NCBI GenBank assembly: GCA_950097015.1
Contig: CATNEN010000011.1
Span: 1,736,001 to 1,800,000 of the forward strand
Source: Macrostomum hystrix
Lineage: Eukaryota; Animalia; Platyhelminthes
Reading direction: 5' to 3'
DNA: 64,000 nucleotides
Shown: piece after piece, positions 58,835 to 64,000 of the stretch
How the letters are laid out: each line of letters opens with the position of its first letter
Numbering within the stretch: the stretch's first letter is position 1
Program-made: the position numbers and the translations under genes
The notes under the pieces: generated by a model
What the model saw: only the letters and a program-made list of their open reading frames with translations
Database searches by the model: none
What the model was told of the DNA's origin: nothing

Positions 58835-59400
58835 TCACTCTACTCCCTACTCTCACTCTATACTCACTCTACTCCCTACTCTCACTCTACCCTCACTCTA
58901 CTCCCTACTCTCACTCTACCCTCACTCTACTCCCTACTCTCACTCTACCCTCACTCTACTCCCTACTCTCACTCTACCCTCACTCTACTCCCTACTCTCA
59001 CTCTACCCTCACTCTACTCCCTACTCTCACTCTACCCTCACTCTACTCCCTACTCTCACTCTACCCTCACTCTACTCCCTACTCTCACTCTACCCTCACT
59101 CTACTCCCTACTCTCACTCTACCCTCACTCTACTCCCTACTCTCACTCTACCCTCACTCTACTCCCTACTCTCACTCTACCCTCACTCTACTCCCTACTC
59201 TCACTCTACCCTCACTCTACTCCCTACTCTCACTCTACCCTCACTCTACTCCCTACTCTCACTCTACCCTCACTCTACTCCCTACTCTCACTCTACCCTC
59301 ACTCTACTCCCTACTCTCACTCTACCCTCACTCTACTCTCACTCTACCCTCACTCTACTCCCTACTCTCACTCTACCCTCGCTCTACTCTTACTCTACTC
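58835..59400. repeat. 29-bp pyrimidine-rich minisatellite (CTCTACTCCCTACTCTCACTCTACCCTCA)n
   Basis: Directly visible. Confidence 0.96.
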
Positions 59401-60915
59401 CCACTCCACTCCCACTCTTCTCCCACTCTATTCCCACTCGACACTCACTCTACTCTCCTGGTGAGTAACTGCACTCTCTCTCTATTCTCTGCACCCTCGA
59501 ATCCGCTTCCCTCACATTCTCTCCCCCAGCTTCAGTTGACTTAATCCATAGCTATGCATTGATATGAACTTTCTGGTCAGTCAGATTTCAGCCATCACTC
59601 TGACACAGATTGGCTGCATCCTATAATACCCAGAACAAACTTAACAGAACAGACCAAACTCTCCTCTACATAGTTACTCTCTGGGGATTATTTATACTGC
59701 AGAGGTGGCGATTTTGAGAAAGTCAAACAGAGTAATTCCATGCTACTCCAGCAGTCTGAGAACAAATGGATTTGCATGCAGTCAGTCTATTTGGGATCTG
59801 ACACTGAGCCTGATCATGCTAGATTAGTAACAACAACAGCAGCAGCAGCAGCAGCAGCAGCAGAGTCTAACTGAATCCAACCAGCATGCAGTATAGTGTG
59901 GGAATGATCGAATATAAAACGAGTTTATAGACGACTGGGCTGGTAAAATTAGAATTTTCCACGCCATCCTAAAGATAGATCCATACTTAATATATAGCAA
60001 TGCGAAAGCGATACACTTGAGTACAGTACCACCTCGTAGAATTAATAAACATGCGTTTTATCTGCGAACTGGTAGGTATTGAAGATAAATTTTTGTTGGC
60101 ACTTATCTGTTTGCCATAATTAGTAGATTTTGATTAATCACCCGTCTAAGTCGAATCCTTGATTAGCTCACTAATTAAATCCCAATTTGAGTTATTATAT
60201 TGTCTATTTGGATGCAACTAAGGCGTAATATGCACCACTCTTGAGTCTCCAGGTAATTGGATAATAAATAAGAGAATATACGATGGGTACTTACTGTTTG
60301 GCATTTAATTTTAGATTGAAACGCTTTTTAGCGATAGCATGGATGGCATAATTGAATTAAATTATTTTTTACATACTGAAGATTTATTTGCAAACCATCG
60401 CTATATTTTTTATCGAAAAATTTGCAACGAATCATTGAAAAATCAATCGATGATAAACTAAATATAAAGTAATATCAGTTAACTATTTTCTAAAGATAAA
60501 CTAATATTCAACCGATAAATCTACCAAAACTGAACGACTTAGTGCTAAAAGCTCGTTAGATTTAGATAACAAAAACCAATCGTTACTTGTTAAAACAAAC
60601 TTGTAGAAACTAAAAAACTGCGAAAGTGCGCATGAACTATAACATTTGTCTGGCCTTTGGCGTCGTGCCTTGCACCACCTAATCTAGTCCTGGTCCTTCG
60701 CACGGGGGTAGGTTTCAGTTTTCTGTGAAAGAAATCTGCTTACTTTGCAGCTACCAGACGATAAAAACAGTCCCAAGCTTACAATTGGCGGTGCGATAGC
60801 GGCGAAGCCAGCATTTTGCTGAAAGTGGCAGAATTTTTCACAGCTACAGAAAAAAACTCGACAATTTGCTGACTCAGAGATAATAGGGCCTGGATCTGTG
60901 GTGCAGCTTCAGCTC

Positions 60916-60923
60916 TATATAAG
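60916..60923 (+). promoter_or_regulatory. Candidate TATA box of the lipid-transfer-protein gene
   Basis: TATATAAG about 120 bp upstream of the ATG at 61036. Confidence 0.55.
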
Positions 60924-61035
60924 CAGACCGATTGACAAACGGTTTAAGCGTCGAGTTAAGGAGAGACAGAATAAACTCTAGAAAGATCCTCTGAAAAGTA
61001 TTGTCTACATCTCAACAAACTGAAAGCGAACGACC

Positions 61036-64000
61036 ATGAAGCTTCTGCTTCTGCTGGCCCTTGTAGGCCTTGCTGGTAAGCCTGTTTAGCCGCTTTGTTT
61101 TTCTATCGAATATTCGCTGCACTTTACTGACAAGTAGAGCATTGCGAGCATCGATATTGTTGTTAAAGAGCTCGCACTTATCCGATTTGCAGCGTCCGCA
61201 AGTCTGCGCTCGTCTGAGTCGAGAGAGAGCCGACCCCGCGAACTGAGGTACCTGTACGATGCCCAGATTGCCACCGGCATCGAGGAGGTTAGCAACGCGT
61301 TTAGCACCATGCGCATGCGCTTCGAGGTCGCCATGCGCACTGACGGCTCCTTTGACAGCGAGACCGGCGCTCAGCGCTGGTCGTTGGTCTTCCGCACCGT
61401 CAACATTCGTCAGCGCATTAACGGCACTGACGAGCTGCCGAAGATCCTGCTGCCCATGGAGCAGTTCAAAAACATCGAGAAGCCTGATCTGTGGTACCAG
61501 ATAGAGCGCACCCTTAAGAAGCCGTTCGGCGTCAGCATCCGACCGAGGGACCTGACCATAGACAAGGTGCTCTTCGACGAGGAAGACCCCTTCTGGAGCG
61601 TTAACATCAAGAAGGGCTTCCTAAGCCTCCTGCAGGTCAACTTCATCCCGACCGATGCCTCGAGCACCACCATGGAGAAGGGCCAGTGGACCAAAGAGAC
61701 TGACGAGGTGAGCTACCAGTTAATGATGAGTCAATTTTCTTCTATTGCTGAACTTAAAAAGCTAACAAACTAAGCCGAATAACACCTACTTCGCCATCCC
61801 TCCAGATGACCGTCGCCGCCATCTGCAATGTCTTCTACAGCGCCAACAAGATCGAATACCACGAGTCCGACTCGCAGGTGTACCGCGTCGAGAAGGCCAT
61901 CGACTTTAACAACTGCCTGAACCCCATCGACGGTACCCGCAGCCTGCCAGGCATCTGGAACGGCCTCCGTCACGTCAGCATGCTGTCCGGCGACAAGCAG
62001 AGGAAGTTCCCCATCGACGTCAACAACATGGCACAGTACCTCATCGAGATGGACAGCGACCAAATGACCATCAAGAAGGCCTCCGCCAAGACCGTCCACC
62101 TGCTGGCTCCCTACAGCGAGTCTACCCACGGCAGCGAGAAGGTTTTCACCATGTAAGCATTTCTAGCTGTCGATACGTTGTTTCTGAAAGCTTATACTCA
62201 CTTGTTTAGAAAATAATTTTTTTCCTTTTTTTATTTCTCCAGCCAGAAGATGCGCCTTCTGACCACCGAGGCCAGCGATAGCTCCGCCCCCATCGATGTC
62301 AGCGGCCTGACTGAGCAGCCTGAGGGTCTGCGCCTGGTTTACCCGGAGGAGAGCAAGAATGTTGACCGCGAGGCTCTGAAGTCCAAGGTGATCGAGCTGT
62401 TCGGCCAGCTGTTCAGCTCTGATCTGTCCGAGATTGACATGAAGGTGTACGAGAGCATCCTGCGCATCCTGCGCTTCCACCTGAAGAAGGAGGAGGACCT
62501 GACCGCCATCGCCGAGGAGCTGAAGACCACCCGCGAGAAGCACCTGCAGGCTTTCATTCTGGACATCTGCCCCCAGATCGGCTCCCACGGCGCCGTCAAA
62601 TTCCTGATGAAGGTCGTGAAGATGCTGGTCAAGATCACCACACCGGCCGAGTTTGTCACCAGCGCCAACCTCAACGTCTTCCACGCTTCCGTAATTTTCA
62701 CCAAGCTGAGCATGATGGAGAAGATCCAGCTAAAGATGCTCCAGACTGTTTTCGAAGTCGTGAAGGACGAGGCCTTCCGCAGCAAGCTGATGAACCCGGA
62801 GCGCATGCCGATCTACTCCACCGCCTGGCTGAGCATGGGCGCCATGGTGAACGTCTACTACGCCAAGCAGGGCGGTGTCGAGCCCTACATGCACCCGATC
62901 AAGGAGAACGCCGACATGGTGCGCAAGTACCGCAACGCCCCGTGGGAGGTTCGAAAGGCTCACGCCGAAGACTCCGAGGAGTTCCGTCGCGAGTTTGTCC
63001 GCCTGGTCAAGGAGTGCCTCGACAAGACTGACTTCGCCCGCAACCTGGCCCTGAAAGTGACCAAGAACAGCGGTCTGTTCGAGCTGTACGAGAAGCTGTC
63101 CCCGATCATCCGCAAGAGGGACACCACTATGGTGACTGAGCGAGTCCAGGCCATCTACGCCACTCAGAACATGCTGCGCCGCAACACCCTCGTCCGCGTC
63201 ACCGCCCAGGATGCCAGGTCCGTCAGCCAGGAGGAGAAGTACATCCGCGACGACATCGAGCACACCCGCCACTTTGAGCAGATCACCGGCCAGATTCAGG
63301 CCGACCTGATCGCCTGCTTCCGCAACGTGCGTGAGGACCCGGAGGTTCGCATCGCTTGCTACCGCGTCCTGATGCAGTGCGAGAACGTTAAGCAGACCGT
63401 GCTCAACATGCTGATCCAGTCCATCCTTAGCGAGCCAACCCAGCAGGTGTACACCTACTGCGTGCAGCACATGAGCCAGATTGCCAAGAATTCGCTGCCC
63501 CGCTATAGCCGCGTCAGCCGAACCATCCGCTCCGCCCTCTCCATGGTGAAGCGCCGCCAGCCGCTCGACCTTGTCTACAGCCGCGTCTTCCACGGCCAGC
63601 TGTGGGACGAGCTGCACCAGATGGGCCTGACAGTTGAAACCGACATGATCGTGTCTGATAAGTCCTTCATCCCGCGCTGGACCCACATCCGTGTCGACCA
63701 TCAGGGAATAGGCCTTAACACCCCGCTGCTGGAGATTGGTCTGCGCACCCAGGGCCTGCAGGCCATGCTAGAGAAGGTGTTTGGCCCCCGCGGCATGCTC
63801 ACCAAGGCCGGCGGTGTGATGAAGCTGCTGAAGAGGGCTGCCCGCAGCCTGGATGCCACCACCTCCGACTCTGAGCTCCTGCAGATCCTGCCAAGGATCC
63901 TGAGGGAGGTGCCGAACATAGACCTGACTGTTTCTCTGATGGGCTACGACATCATCTACGTGAAGAGCAGCCGCGAGGTCGCGGATTACGTGATGAACAT
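61036..64000 (+). CDS. Vitellogenin/apolipophorin-like large lipid transfer protein, 3'-partial: join(61036..61075,61193..61707,61806..62152,62243..>64000)
   Basis: Signal peptide MKLLLLLALVGLA and LLT-module-like motifs RYLYDAQIATG, DPEVRIACYRVLM, EPTQQVYTY, YSRVF, SFIPR and LEIGLRTQGLQAMLEKVFGPRG. Exon 4 is open to the window end, so it is missing from the ORF track. Splice phases 1,0,2 are consistent. Confidence 0.88.

Noticed and set aside
61770-63919. Several long - strand ORFs (up to 323 aa)
   Set aside because: Antisense shadows of the codon-biased lipid-transfer-protein exons.

Overview
Eukaryotic (animal) genomic DNA with GT-AG introns. The codon usage, poly-Q/S/A tracts and minisatellite-filled introns resemble a free-living flatworm such as Macrostomum (inference). 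Seven host genes were reconstructed by eye: a secreted astacin (-), a peptide-type class A GPCR (+), an orphan coiled-coil/2-TM gene (+), ALG9 (-), a secreted Cys-rich + LamG-like protein (+), a 10-exon eag/KCNH K+ channel (+, about 27 kb) and the 5' part of a vitellogenin/apolipophorin-like lipid transfer protein (+). The most striking accessory feature is an intact DUF3504/Crypton-type tyrosine recombinase ORF (15219-16646, -) enclosed by about 460-bp near-perfect inverted repeats. Each repeat contains a nested 133-bp palindrome and recurrent CCATAGA(C/A) and GTCCTCGG motifs. The same motifs occur at a collision of two dead Crypton fragments (about 2.0-3.3 kb) and at an orphan 153-bp hairpin (57.5 kb). 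The rest of the window is tRNA-derived SINEs, an integrase remnant and many distinct tandem arrays, including a 5.3-kb satellite whose unit mimics a 3' splice site. Most long repeat-derived ORFs in the supplied track are artefacts. All alignments were done by eye.
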